Shown: positions 24,121 through 35,287 of the stretch, piece after piece
How positions within the stretch are numbered: the first letter of the stretch is position 1
How the letters are laid out: every line of letters begins with the position of its first letter
DNA from: Chiloscyllium plagiosum
Lineage: Eukaryota
Direction: 5' to 3'
DNA length: 59,515 nt
Assembly: GCF_004010195.1 (NCBI RefSeq)
Contig: NC_057757.1
Coordinates: 2,793,546-2,853,060 of the forward strand
Notes under the pieces: generated by a model
What the model was told of the DNA's origin: nothing
Database searches by the model: none
Seen by the model: only the letters and a program-made list of their open reading frames with translations
Program-made: the position numbers and the translations under genes

Positions 24121-27100
24121 CAGAGAGAGAGAGACATGTAGAGCGAGAGAGAGAGACATGTAGAGCGAGAGAGAGAGACATGTAGAGCGAGAGAGAGAGA
24201 CATGTAGAGCGAGAGAGAGAGACATGTAGAGCGAGAGAGAGAGACATGTAGAGCGAGAGAGAGAGACATGTAGAGCGAGAGAGAGAGACATGTAGAGCGA
24301 GAGAGAGAGACATGTAGAGCGAGAGAGAGAGACATGTAGAGCGAGAGAGAGAGACATGTAGAGCGAGAGAGAGAGACATGTAGAGCGAGAGAGAGAGACA
24401 TGTAGAGCGAGAGAGAGAGACATGTAGAGCGAGAGAGACATGTAGAGCGAGAGAGAGAGACATGTAGAGCGAGAGAGAGAGACATGTAGAGCGAGAGAGA
24501 GAGACATGTAGAGCGAGAGAGAGAGACATGTAGAGCGAGAGAGAGAGACATGTAGAGCGAGAGAGAGAGACATGTAGAGCGAGAGAGAGAGACATGTAGA
24601 GCGAGAGAGAGAGACATGTAGAGCGAGAGAGAGAGACATGTAGAGCGAGAGAGAGAGACATGTAGAGCGAGAGAGAGAGACATGTAGAGCGAGAGAGACA
24701 TGTAGAGCGAGAGAGAGAGACATGTAGAGCGAGAGAGAGAGACATGTAGAGCGAGAGAGAGAGACATGTAGAGCGAGAGAGAGAGACATGTAGAGCGAGA
24801 GAGAGAGACATGTAGAGCGAGAGAGAGAGACATGTAGAGCGAGAGAGAGAGACATGTAGAGCGAGAGAGAGAGACATGTAGAGCGAGAGAGAGAGACATG
24901 TAGAGCGAGAGAGAGAGACATGTAGAGCGAGAGAGAGAGACATGTAGAGCGAGAGAGACATGTAGAGCGAGAGAGAGAGACATGTAGAGCGAGAGAGAGA
25001 GACATGTAGAGCGAGAGAGAGAGACATGTAGAGCGAGAGAGAGAGACATGTAGAGCGAGAGAGAGAGACATGTAGAGCGAGAGAGAGAGACATGTAGAGC
25101 GAGAGAGAGAGACATGTAGAGCGAGAGAGAGAGACATGTAGAGCGAGAGAGAGAGACATGTAGAGCGAGAGAGAGAGACATGTAGAGCGAGAGAGAGAGA
25201 CATGTAGAGCGAGAGAGACATGTAGAGCGAGAGAGAGAGACATGTAGAGCGAGAGAGAGAGACATGTAGAGCGAGAGAGAGAGACATGTAGAGCGAGAGA
25301 GAGAGACATGTAGAGCGAGAGAGAGAGACATGTAGAGCGAGAGAGAGAGACATGTAGAGCGAGAGAGAGAGACATGTAGAGCGAGAGAGAGAGACATGTA
25401 GAGCGAGAGAGAGAGACATGTAGAGCGAGAGAGAGAGACATGTAGAGCGAGAGAGAGAGACATGTAGAGCGAGAGAGACATGTAGAGCGAGAGAGAGAGA
25501 CATGTAGAGCGAGAGAGAGAGACATGTAGAGCGAGAGAGAGAGACATGTAGAGCGAGAGAGAGAGACATGTAGAGCGAGAGAGAGAGACATGTAGAGCGA
25601 GAGAGAGAGACATGTAGAGCGAGAGAGAGAGACATGTAGAGCGAGAGAGAGAGACATGTAGAGCGAGAGAGAGAGACATGTAGAGCGAGAGAGAGAGACA
25701 TGTAGAGCGAGAGAGAGAGACATGTAGAGCGAGAGAGACATGTAGAGCGAGAGAGAGAGACATGTAGAGCGAGAGAGAGAGACATGTAGAGCGAGAGAGA
25801 GAGACATGTAGAGCGAGAGAGAGAGACATGTAGAGCGAGAGAGAGAGACATGTAGAGCGAGAGAGAGAGACATGTAGAGCGAGAGAGAGAGACATGTAGA
25901 GCGAGAGAGAGAGACATGTAGAGCGAGAGAGAGAGACATGTAGAGCGAGAGAGAGAGACATGTAGAGCGAGAGAGAGAGACATGTAGAGCGAGAGAGACA
26001 TGTAGAGCGAGAGAGAGAGACATGTAGAGCGAGAGAGAGAGACATGTAGAGCGAGAGAGAGAGACATGTAGAGCGAGAGAGAGAGACATGTAGAGCGAGA
26101 GAGAGAGACATGTAGAGCGAGAGAGAGAGACATGTAGAGCGAGAGAGAGAGACATGTAGAGCGAGAGAGAGAGACATGTAGAGCGAGAGAGAGAGACATG
26201 TAGAGCGAGAGAGAGAGACATGTAGAGCGAGAGAGAGAGACATGTAGAGCGAGAGAGACATGTAGAGCGAGAGAGAGAGACATGTAGAGCGAGAGAGAGA
26301 GACATGTAGAGCGAGAGAGAGAGACATGTAGAGCGAGAGAGAGAGACATGTAGAGCGAGAGAGAGAGACATGTAGAGCGAGAGAGAGAGACATGTAGAGC
26401 GAGAGAGAGAGACATGTAGAGCGAGAGAGAGAGACATGTAGAGCGAGAGAGAGAGACATGTAGAGCGAGAGAGAGAGACATGTAGAGCGAGAGAGAGAGA
26501 CATGTAGAGCGAGAGAGACATGTAGAGCGAGAGAGAGAGACATGTAGAGCGAGAGAGAGAGACATGTAGAGCGAGAGAGAGAGACATGTAGAGCGAGAGA
26601 GAGAGACATGTAGAGCGAGAGAGAGAGACATGTAGAGCGAGAGAGAGAGACATGTAGAGCGAGAGAGAGAGACATGTAGAGCGAGAGAGAGAGACATGTA
26701 GAGCGAGAGAGAGAGACATGTAGAGCGAGAGAGAGAGACATGTAGAGCGAGAGAGAGAGACATGTAGAGCGAGAGAGACATGTAGAGCGAGAGAGAGAGA
26801 CATGTAGAGCGAGAGAGAGAGACATGTAGAGCGAGAGAGAGAGACATGTAGAGCGAGAGAGAGAGACATGTAGAGCGAGAGAGAGAGACATGTAGAGCGA
26901 GAGAGAGAGACATGTAGAGCGAGAGAGAGAGACATGTAGAGCGAGAGAGAGAGACATGTAGAGCGAGAGAGAGAGACATGTAGAGCGAGAGAGAGAGACA
27001 TGTAGAGCGAGAGAGAGAGACATGTAGAGCGAGAGAGACATGTAGAGCGAGAGAGAGAGACATGTAGAGCGAGAGAGAGAGACATGTAGAGCGAGAGAGA

Positions 27101-27293
27101 GAGACATGTAGAGCGAGAGAGAGAGACATGTAGAGCGAGAGAGAGAGACATGTAGAGCGAGAGAGAGAGACATGTAGAGCGAGAGAGAGAGACATGTAGA
27201 GCGAGAGAGAGAGACATGTAGAGCGAGAGAGAGAGACATGTAGAGCGAGAGAGAGAGACATGTAGAGCGAGAGAGAGAGACATGTAGAGCGAG
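24121..27293. repeat. 22-bp minisatellite CATGTAGAGC(GA)6 with a 260-bp higher-order period
   Basis: An 18-bp variant unit occurs at 24421, 24681, 24941 ... 27021. Confidence 0.97.
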
Positions 27294-27378
27294 GAGAGGG
27301 AGACAGACACAGAGAGAGGGAGACAGACACAGAGAGAGGGAGACAGACACAGAGAGAGGGAGACAGACACACAGAGAG
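27294..27378. repeat. 20-bp tandem repeat AGACAGACACAGAGAGAGGG, about 4 copies
   Basis: Read directly from the sequence. Confidence 0.9.
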
Positions 27379-27897
27379 CATATAGAGAACAATGTTANNN
27401 NNNNNNNNNNNNNNNNNNNNNNNNNNNNNNNNNNNNNNNNNNNNNNNNNNNNNNNNNNNNNNNNNNNNNNNNNNNNNNNNNNNNNNNNNNNNNNNNNNNN
27501 NNNNNNNNNNNNNNNNNNNNNNNNNNNNNNNNNNNNNNNNNNNNNNNNNNNNNNNNNNNNNNNNNNNNNNNNNNNNNNNNNNNNNNNNNNNNNNNNNNNN
27601 NNNNNNNNNNNNNNNNNNNNNNNNNNNNNNNNNNNNNNNNNNNNNNNNNNNNNNNNNNNNNNNNNNNNNNNNNNNNNNNNNNNNNNNNNNNNNNNNNNNN
27701 NNNNNNNNNNNNNNNNNNNNNNNNNNNNNNNNNNNNNNNNNNNNNNNNNNNNNNNNNNNNNNNNNNNNNNNNNNNNNNNNNNNNNNNNNNNNNNNNNNNN
27801 NNNNNNNNNNNNNNNNNNNNNNNNNNNNNNNNNNNNNNNNNNNNNNNNNNNNNNNNNNNNNNNNNNNNNNNNNNNNNNNNNNNNNNNNNNNNNNNNN

Positions 27898-28193
27898 AAT
27901 TTAGCATGGCCAATCCACCCTAACCTGCACATCCCTGGGCACTATGGGACAATTTAGCATGGCCAATCCACCCTAACCTGCACATCCCTGGGCACTATGG
28001 GACAATTTAGCACGGCCAATCCACCCTAACCTGCACATCACTGGGCACTATGGGACAATTTAGCACGGCCTATCCACCCTCACCTGTAGATCATTGGATT
28101 GTAGGAGCAAACCCAGGCAGACAGTTACCTGAGGCTGGAATCGAACCCGGGTCCCTGGTGCTGTGAGGCAGCAGTGCTAACCACTGAGCCACC
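27898..28193 (-). mobile_element. HE1/V-SINE with 53-bp repeats running into the gap
   Basis: Reverse-complement units plus SINE head. Confidence 0.85.
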
Positions 28194-29682
28194 TTTCGTT
28201 TTGCCTCTGTCCTGTCTTCTGAAGTCACTCAAATTTCACCTTATTATATTCTTGTCACCAAGTACCTCACTCTTTGAGATTCAGACAGTGGATATCATTA
28301 CAGGTATTTGACAAGGCATCTCAGATGAGACAGTTCTGCTGAAGGAACCTTACTCTATGATGTAGGTTTTTTTCAGCCACGCTTGCTTCCATTATCCCCC
28401 AAAAATCAGAAACTGTGTTGGGTTTACATCGTGCTGAAGAACCCAGCAAACATTACAACTTGTTATTATAGACAAACGTTACATTCAGGGGTACATCAGC
28501 GTCATTAAGCTACCAGAAGGTAGCAAGCTTCCAGTAGAGTGGCACGCTTCAAGTGACCCAGGTTCTGATGGCATCTGAGCATCTTCAGGTCACATACAGA
28601 GAGTGTGTTAAAGTGTGGTCTTGTGCCCCATTCCCAGCTCACACCGCACCAAACTTAACATCAACTTGGTAGCAGCAGTGGGGAGGAGATGGTTTTGTGG
28701 TATTATCACTGGATTGTTGACCGAGATGAGTGAGTGCATTTTAAAATGTCGGGAAGGGATACATACTAACAGGTTTGAGATGCGCTTGAACATCCCACAC
28801 GTTTCAACGCAAACACGCTGGATTTAATTCACCAAAGGTCAAATCGTTTGACAGGAACTTGGAACATAACAGGGGTCGACAGGTTCGAGTCCAGAATCCC
28901 ATTACAGGGGCGGGAATGCTCTCGGGTTACACCTTCCTTGGGGCAGTAATGTTTGCGAGTGACCTCACACACAAATAAAACAAGATGGGGCTCTTCGGAA
29001 ACCGGTGTGCGTGGAGATGTCGAGCAGTGGGATGGAGCGCCTTGATGGAAATCACGGGGTGAACAAACTGATTGTTGTGGCTGACTGAGCAAGATCACTG
29101 AAGCTACAGTCATCAGGAGATGACATGGGCGAGCATATTATTAACATTTCAAATCCTCTTCTTTCTGCAGGGATGACAGGCTTAAGCTTCTTTTTAAATG
29201 ATTTCAGAACCCACACAAAAAAGATATTGAGGAATGAGAAAACTACATTGACACACCAAATTAATTAATTGCAAGTCAGCCTCAGAATTCAGGCATTGTA
29301 TTGAAAGTCAAAGAGCAGAAAGGTACAGGCGCTTCCTCTACAATTATGAAATGGGACTGAAAGAAAGACAAATTGAACTATAAAGGTAGTATTGCACCCG
29401 CTGCCGAGCCTGCAGTGATAATGGTAGAGCTTTCAATCTGAACTGTTTAAGATTATGTGTGTATCATCGGATTAACTCTTGAGTGGTCAGAGTTGACTGT
29501 GTGTCTGTGTCTACACACACGTGTGTCCATGTTGTATCTCTGTGCCTGTGTGGGTGTCTGTGCACATGTATGTCTATATCGGCTTGTCCGTGTGTGAATG
29601 TCTGCATCAGTGGTGTGCCTGTGTGTGTATCTCTCTGTCTGTGTGCATGTCTCTGTGGGTTTTTTTCATGCACTCACAGGAC

Positions 29683-30035
29683 AGGGGTGTCACTGGCTGG
29701 GCCCAGTATTTATGGCCCCGTCCCTAATTGCCCCCTTGAGAAGGTGGGGGTGAGCTGCCATCTTGAACCGCTACAGTCCACGTGCTGTGGGTTGACCCAC
29801 AATGCCCTGAGGGAGGGAATTCCAGGATTTTGACCCAGTGACACTGAAGGAACGGCGATATATTTCCCAGTCAGGATGGTGAGGGGCTTGGAGGAGAACT
29901 TGCAGGGGGTGGTGTTCCCATGTATCTGCTGCCCTTGTCCTTCTAGATGGAAGTGGTGGTGGGTTTGGAAGGTGCTGTCTGAGGACCTTTGGTGAGTTTC
30001 TGCAGCGCATCTTGTAGATGGTACATACTGCCGTT
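29683..30035 (-). mobile_element. LINE-type 3' remnant of a family also seen near 4615 and 10140
   Basis: Shared tctagaaggacaagggcagcag..tgggaacacc and atttattgcc..tccctaattgccc motifs. Confidence 0.55.
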
Positions 30036-31255
30036 ACACATTGAGATGCCCCACCCAGGGTACATTCTGTGACCTTGCCACCCTCAGAGTGTGTGAGAGT
30101 GTGTTTGTGTGCGTGTGTGAGCGAGTGTGACTGTGTGCGCGTGTCTCCGTAAGTGTGTGGGGTGGGATTGCTCACATGCTTGTGTGTGGTTGTCTCTACA
30201 TGACTGTGTGCATGCATCTGTGTGTGTTTGTGAGTGTGAGAGTCTGTGTGTGTGTGTCTCCGTAAGTGTGTGGGGTGGGATTGCTCACATGTTTGTGTGT
30301 GGTTGTCTCTACATGTCATTGACAGAATTCTAGATTGTGAAGGGAGCAAGAGAGAGAGATGGGGATAGTATGTGAATACGCCACTGAGGCCAAGTTTCGG
30401 AATGTTTGAGCAGGCTCGAGGGGGCAGGCTCCAACCCTATTTTCCAATGTACCCTTCCCAAACCCGTGCGCTGCTCTCTCCTCCTCGTCATATCCAAACC
30501 CCACTGTCCTTCATGCTGTTTGCGGATCGAGAAGCCTTAAAATTGGGAGGGAGCAGCGGAAACAGAAAACCAGAGTGGATGGGGCCTAATAAAAAGTCCA
30601 AAGACATTTCAGAAAAGCAGACAGTGCGAATGGAGCTGAAAACCTTTCTGCCTGTCTCCCTGGCAGCTGGAAGTCACACTGGGACAGCAGCACTGCTCTG
30701 ATGTACACCCACTGCAATAGAACAAAGTCAGGGCACTCAAACATTCTCACTCTCCCTTCCCCTTCAGCCCACAAAAGTTGCAACGCCTCTGTACCAGCAA
30801 TGGAAGGCAGCTGCTGAAAAAGGTGAGAGGGTGGCCCTTTCAAAAGGGTAGGAATAGTTCCTGTGGCCGACTTCAATGATGTCAGCTCAAGGTGAGTCTT
30901 TGAAGAGAGAGAGAGAGAGAGGGAAAAATGATTAATTATCAGCCAGATAATTTATTTTCAGAAACAGCAGAATGTGACCTCCCCTATTGCTACGGTGGCT
31001 AAACTATGCAAATAACAGTATGGGCATTCTCATTTCAATTCATGAGAAAACAGCCACTTAAGTAAATATTAATGTATTCAACACAAATTGGAAACCATTA
31101 TTACTGAAGGACTGATTCAGAACACCGTCCGTCACACAATGAAACATGGGTGACACCATCAATGCTGTTCAGCCTATCACTTTCTCTTTAGCTTCTGCAG
31201 CAGCCACTCAGCTGGTCTCACTCCCCTGTGAATGATCAACACTTACCATCAGATA

Positions 31256-31430
31256 ATGAACCTCCCTCCCCCTACACTCTCAGACAGTACATTCCAGACC
31301 CTAACCCCTCGAGTCAACCTGCCTCCTCCCCCACACTCTCAGACAGTACATTGCAGACCCTAACCCCTCCAGTGAACCTGCCTCCCCCCCACACTCTCAG
31401 GCAGTACATTCCAGACCCTAACCCCTTGCT
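31256..31430. repeat. ~58-bp tandem repeat, 3 copies
   Basis: acactctcagacagtacattccagaccctaacccc occurs three times. Confidence 0.85.
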
Positions 31431-31619
31431 GTGAGAAAAAGATTTTGTTCATGTTGTCATTGCTTTTGTTGTGAAACACCTTCAATGCATGTCCTCCAGG
31501 GAAGGTTCTTGTTCATTGTATCAATGAGAACCCAGTCAGATCAGCTTCACTCAATAGACCAGCCTTAATGCTGGAGTATGGACACTCAATGCCGGGCCAT
31601 ATAGGAGGAAGAATCCATG

Positions 31620-32338
31620 GGCAGAATAGAATAAAGAGACCTTGGAGTGCAGGTTCATAGCTCCTTGACCGTGGAGTCGCAGGTAGATAGGATAGTGAAG
31701 GAGGCGTTTGGTATACTTTCCTTTATTGGTCAGGGTATTGAGTACAGGAGTTGGGAGGTCATGTTGCGGCTGTACAGGACATTGGTTAGGCCACTGTTGG
31801 AATATTGCGTGCAATTCTGGTCTCCTTCCTATCGGAAAATGTTGTGAAACTTGAAAGGGTTCAGACAAGATTTACAAGGATGTTGCCAGGGTTGGAGGAT
31901 TTGAGCTATAGGGACAGGCTGAACAGGCTGGGGCTGTTTTCCCTGGAGCGTCGGAGGCTGAGGGGTGACCTTATAGAGGTTTATAAAATCATGAGGGGCA
32001 TAGATAGAGTAAATAGGCAAAGTCTCTTCCCTGGGGTGGGGGGAGTCCAGAACTAGGTTTAAGGTGAGAGGGAAAAGATATAAAAGGGACCTGAGGGGTA
32101 ACGTTTTCACGTAAAGGGTGATACATGGATGGAATGAGCTGCCAGAGGAAGTGGTGGAGGCTGGTACAATTACAACATTTAAAGGCATTTGGATGGGTAT
32201 ATGAATAGGAAAGGGTTTGGAGGGACATGGGCCAAGTGCTGGCAAATGGAACTAGATTAATTTAGGATATCTGGTCGGCATGGACGGGTTGGATCGAAGG
32301 GTCTGTTTCCGTGCTGTACAGCTCTACGACTCCATGAC
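31620..32338 (+). mobile_element. CR1 LINE 3' fragment
   Basis: LYRTLVRPLLEYCVQFWSP, LERRRLRGDLIEVYKIM and the tail. Confidence 0.92.
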
Positions 32339-33045
32339 TCAACTCTCTGGCAGTTTTGATTCCACTCACATTCCCACATCCATGCTGCCAGTCTCGTTTT
32401 CTTTTCAAACCACAAGTTTCAAATGTGCAGACAGGTCTTTGTGTGGCACTTGACCAAATACCTTCTGGGAATCCATGTGCACCAGCCATTACCTCAGCGG
32501 TAAACTCAATTTATTAAAATCCAAGCTGTCTTTAGCTGGCTTAACTAATCGGCATTAGTGCAATAATCAATCTCAACAGGTTCCCCCAACCGCGGTGAAC
32601 CTGATTAACCTGCAATCGCTGCATTTATCTTCACTGTTGTTTATTTCTGGAATAAAGCTGTAGCACTTCATAATTCTCCAGTCCTCTGGTATCTGAGGAC
32701 ACCTGGAAGATTCTGAGTCCATAGTTTCCATCCTAACTTCCTTCAGTATCTTTGGATGTATTTGATGTAGTCCTGGGACTTTATCAACATCGCCAGCCTA
32801 TCAAATACCTCCTCTTTATTAATTCTCGGTCCTTCTGGCATCTGAATGATCTCGTCTTTCACTGCCTCTTTGGCAGAACCTATTCCTTCGGAAAGACAAA
32901 TGAAAATGACTTATTCTGTGCCCTCCTCTCTGTGTGCAAATCCTCTCCTTCGTTACTGATCAGTCCTATTCTGTCTTTTGCCATCAGTTTACTATTTATT
33001 TGCCTATTGGTGACTTTTGGATGGCCTTGGATGTTTGGATGGCCT

Positions 33046-33748
33046 TGGATGACCACTCCCTCCATGACTCCCTCGTCAGGTCCACACCCCCTCACCAACC
33101 CAACCTCCACTCCCGGCACCTTCCCCTGCAACCGCAAGAAATGCAAAACCTGCGCCCACACCTCCCNNNNNNNNNNNNNNNNNNNNNNNNNNNNNNNNNN
33201 NNNNNNNNNNNNNNNNNNNNNNNNNNNNNNNNNNNNNNNNNNNNNNNNNNNNNNNNNNNNNNNNNNNNNNNNNNNNNNNNNNNNNNNNNNNNNNNNNNNN
33301 NNNNNNNNNNNNNNNNNNNNNNNNNNNNNNNNNNNNNNNNNNNNNNNNNNNNNNNNNNNNNNNNNNNNNNNNNNNNNNNNNNNNNNNNNNNNNNNNNNNN
33401 NNNNNNNNNNNNNNNNNNNNNNNNNNNNNNNNNNNNNNNNNNNNNNNNNNNNCACCGCCTTCCTAACCTGCAATCTTCTTCCTGACCTCTCCGCCCCCAC
33501 CCCACTCCGGCCTATCACCCTCACCTTGACCTCCTTCCACCTATCGCATTTCCGATGCCCCTCCCCCAAGTCCCTCCTCCCTACCTTTTATCTTAGCCTG
33601 CTGGGCACACTTTCCTCATTCCTGAAGAAGGGCTTATGCCCGAAACGTCGATTCTCCTGTTCCCTGGATACTGCCTGACCTGCTGCGCTGTTCCAGCAAC
33701 ACATTTTCAGCTCTGATCTCCAGCATCTGCAGCCCTCACTTTCCCCTT
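33046..33748 (+). mobile_element. Penelope-like element 3' part spanning an N gap
   Basis: PGTFPCNRKKCKTCAH Cys-linker. Tail with CTGAAGA-A-GGGC-ttat-GCCC-GAAAC-GTC. Confidence 0.8.
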
Positions 33749-34677
33749 GGATGTTTTCTGCCAGGCTCCACTCACACTCTCTCTTGTGTCTCTCATTTAA
33801 TTTCCTGCTTCTCTCCTGAACGTCCGATATTCAGGCAGGTTCTCACTTGCGTTGTCCACTTGAGATCAGTCACAAGTGTCCATCACCCTGGAATGGCTTA
33901 ATGCTTCATCCAAGAGGTGGGCACCTTCGACAATGCAAGCAGTCTGTCCGTGCTGCCTCACGTGGAGTTCAGTGCTTGAGTTTCTGCACTGAAGGCCCCA
34001 AACGTCTGCCTCAGAGGTACAAAGAAACGCCCATTCCTGATGAAGGACTTTTGCCCAAAATGTCGACTCTCCTGCTCCTCGGATGCTGCCTGACCGGCTG
34101 TGCTTTTCCAGCACCACACGTTTTGACTCTGATCTTCAGTCCTCGCTTTCTCCCACAAAAAATAGCCCAATAACAATGAAGGTGTAACTGATGACGTGAC
34201 CCATCAGTTGAGTTTTGTCAAATGACAAAGGGTCGCTTCATTTCTCGTCGCTCGCCCCAGGTTACTGTCTGTAGCAGTATATGTAGGTGTGCCACACCAC
34301 ACCTGGGCTGACGACCCCAAACTGGTAACTCTTTACAGGCCCAGGATTATTTGGTAAGTGTCATCCTGTTGCTGCCTTTTGCAGTCAGAAAGGTCATGTA
34401 CGCACATTGGGCCTGCATCTGTTCTCAGGGCAGTGCCTTGACCAATCAGCGTGGTTCAAAACGCAAGCAAATCTTGGCTGTGAACTGTCAGTTGTCATTC
34501 ACTGGTGCATTCGCCTTGGTAATGTCTCCACCAGTGTCCACCTGCCCATCAACCTCCCCTACAATATAAATGTTGATTTGCCTTTACTCTGGGTTATCCT
34601 TGCAAAATGTCTGAACAACTGCAAGATCTGAAGCTTTGACAAAATGTGTCTTTCCTCAGCAATATTCAAAAGCAGAG

Positions 34678-34943
34678 TTAGATTAGATGACTTACAGTGT
34701 GGAAACAGGCCCTTCAACCCAACATGACCCTCCAAAGAGCTGCCCATCCAGACCCCTAACACTACGGGCAACTCAGTATGGCCAATTCACCCGACCTGCA
34801 CAGCTTTGGACTGTGGGAGGAAACCCACGCAGACGCAGGGAGAACGTGCAAACTCCACACAGACAGTCACCTGAGGTGGGAATCGAGCCCGGGTCCCTGG
34901 CGCTGTGAGGTAGCAGTGCTAACCACTGAGCTACCGTGCCAGC
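34678..34943 (-). mobile_element. HE1/V-SINE
   Basis: Head, V-domain and (TCTAA)n tail. Confidence 0.85.
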
Positions 34944-35287
34944 CCCAAAGGCCTAGTGCTGTGACTGCTCCAGAGCCGTCCACATTTCAAGACTCCATAA
35001 AACTTACAGCAGAGGCAGTGTTGCAGCACTAAAACAACTTTTCACCCTGCCCTGTTTCCTCAGCGGAAAACCAGGCCACAATTCGTGAATGAGGATCGAA
35101 TAAGACAGCTGGCACAAATCCTCAATTTCATGGACAGTCAGAGCAGCACAGTCATGACTCATGAAGCAAGAGTGGGGGGGGGGGATAAGCGATCACAACG
35201 GAATGAGAGAGGCCGCACATAGTTTGCACATCATTCAGGAATAACAGCAAGGAGTTGATCATGCTTGAGCCCTGAAGAGAGACCCAG

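Noticed and set aside
24048..27932. ORFs of 1090-1294 aa
   Set aside because: Translations of the 22-bp minisatellite and the N gap.
28829..30701. Short unique-sequence ORFs (28829-29113, 30316-30504, 30372-30701)
   Set aside because: No recognisable homology or convincing splice-site pairs.
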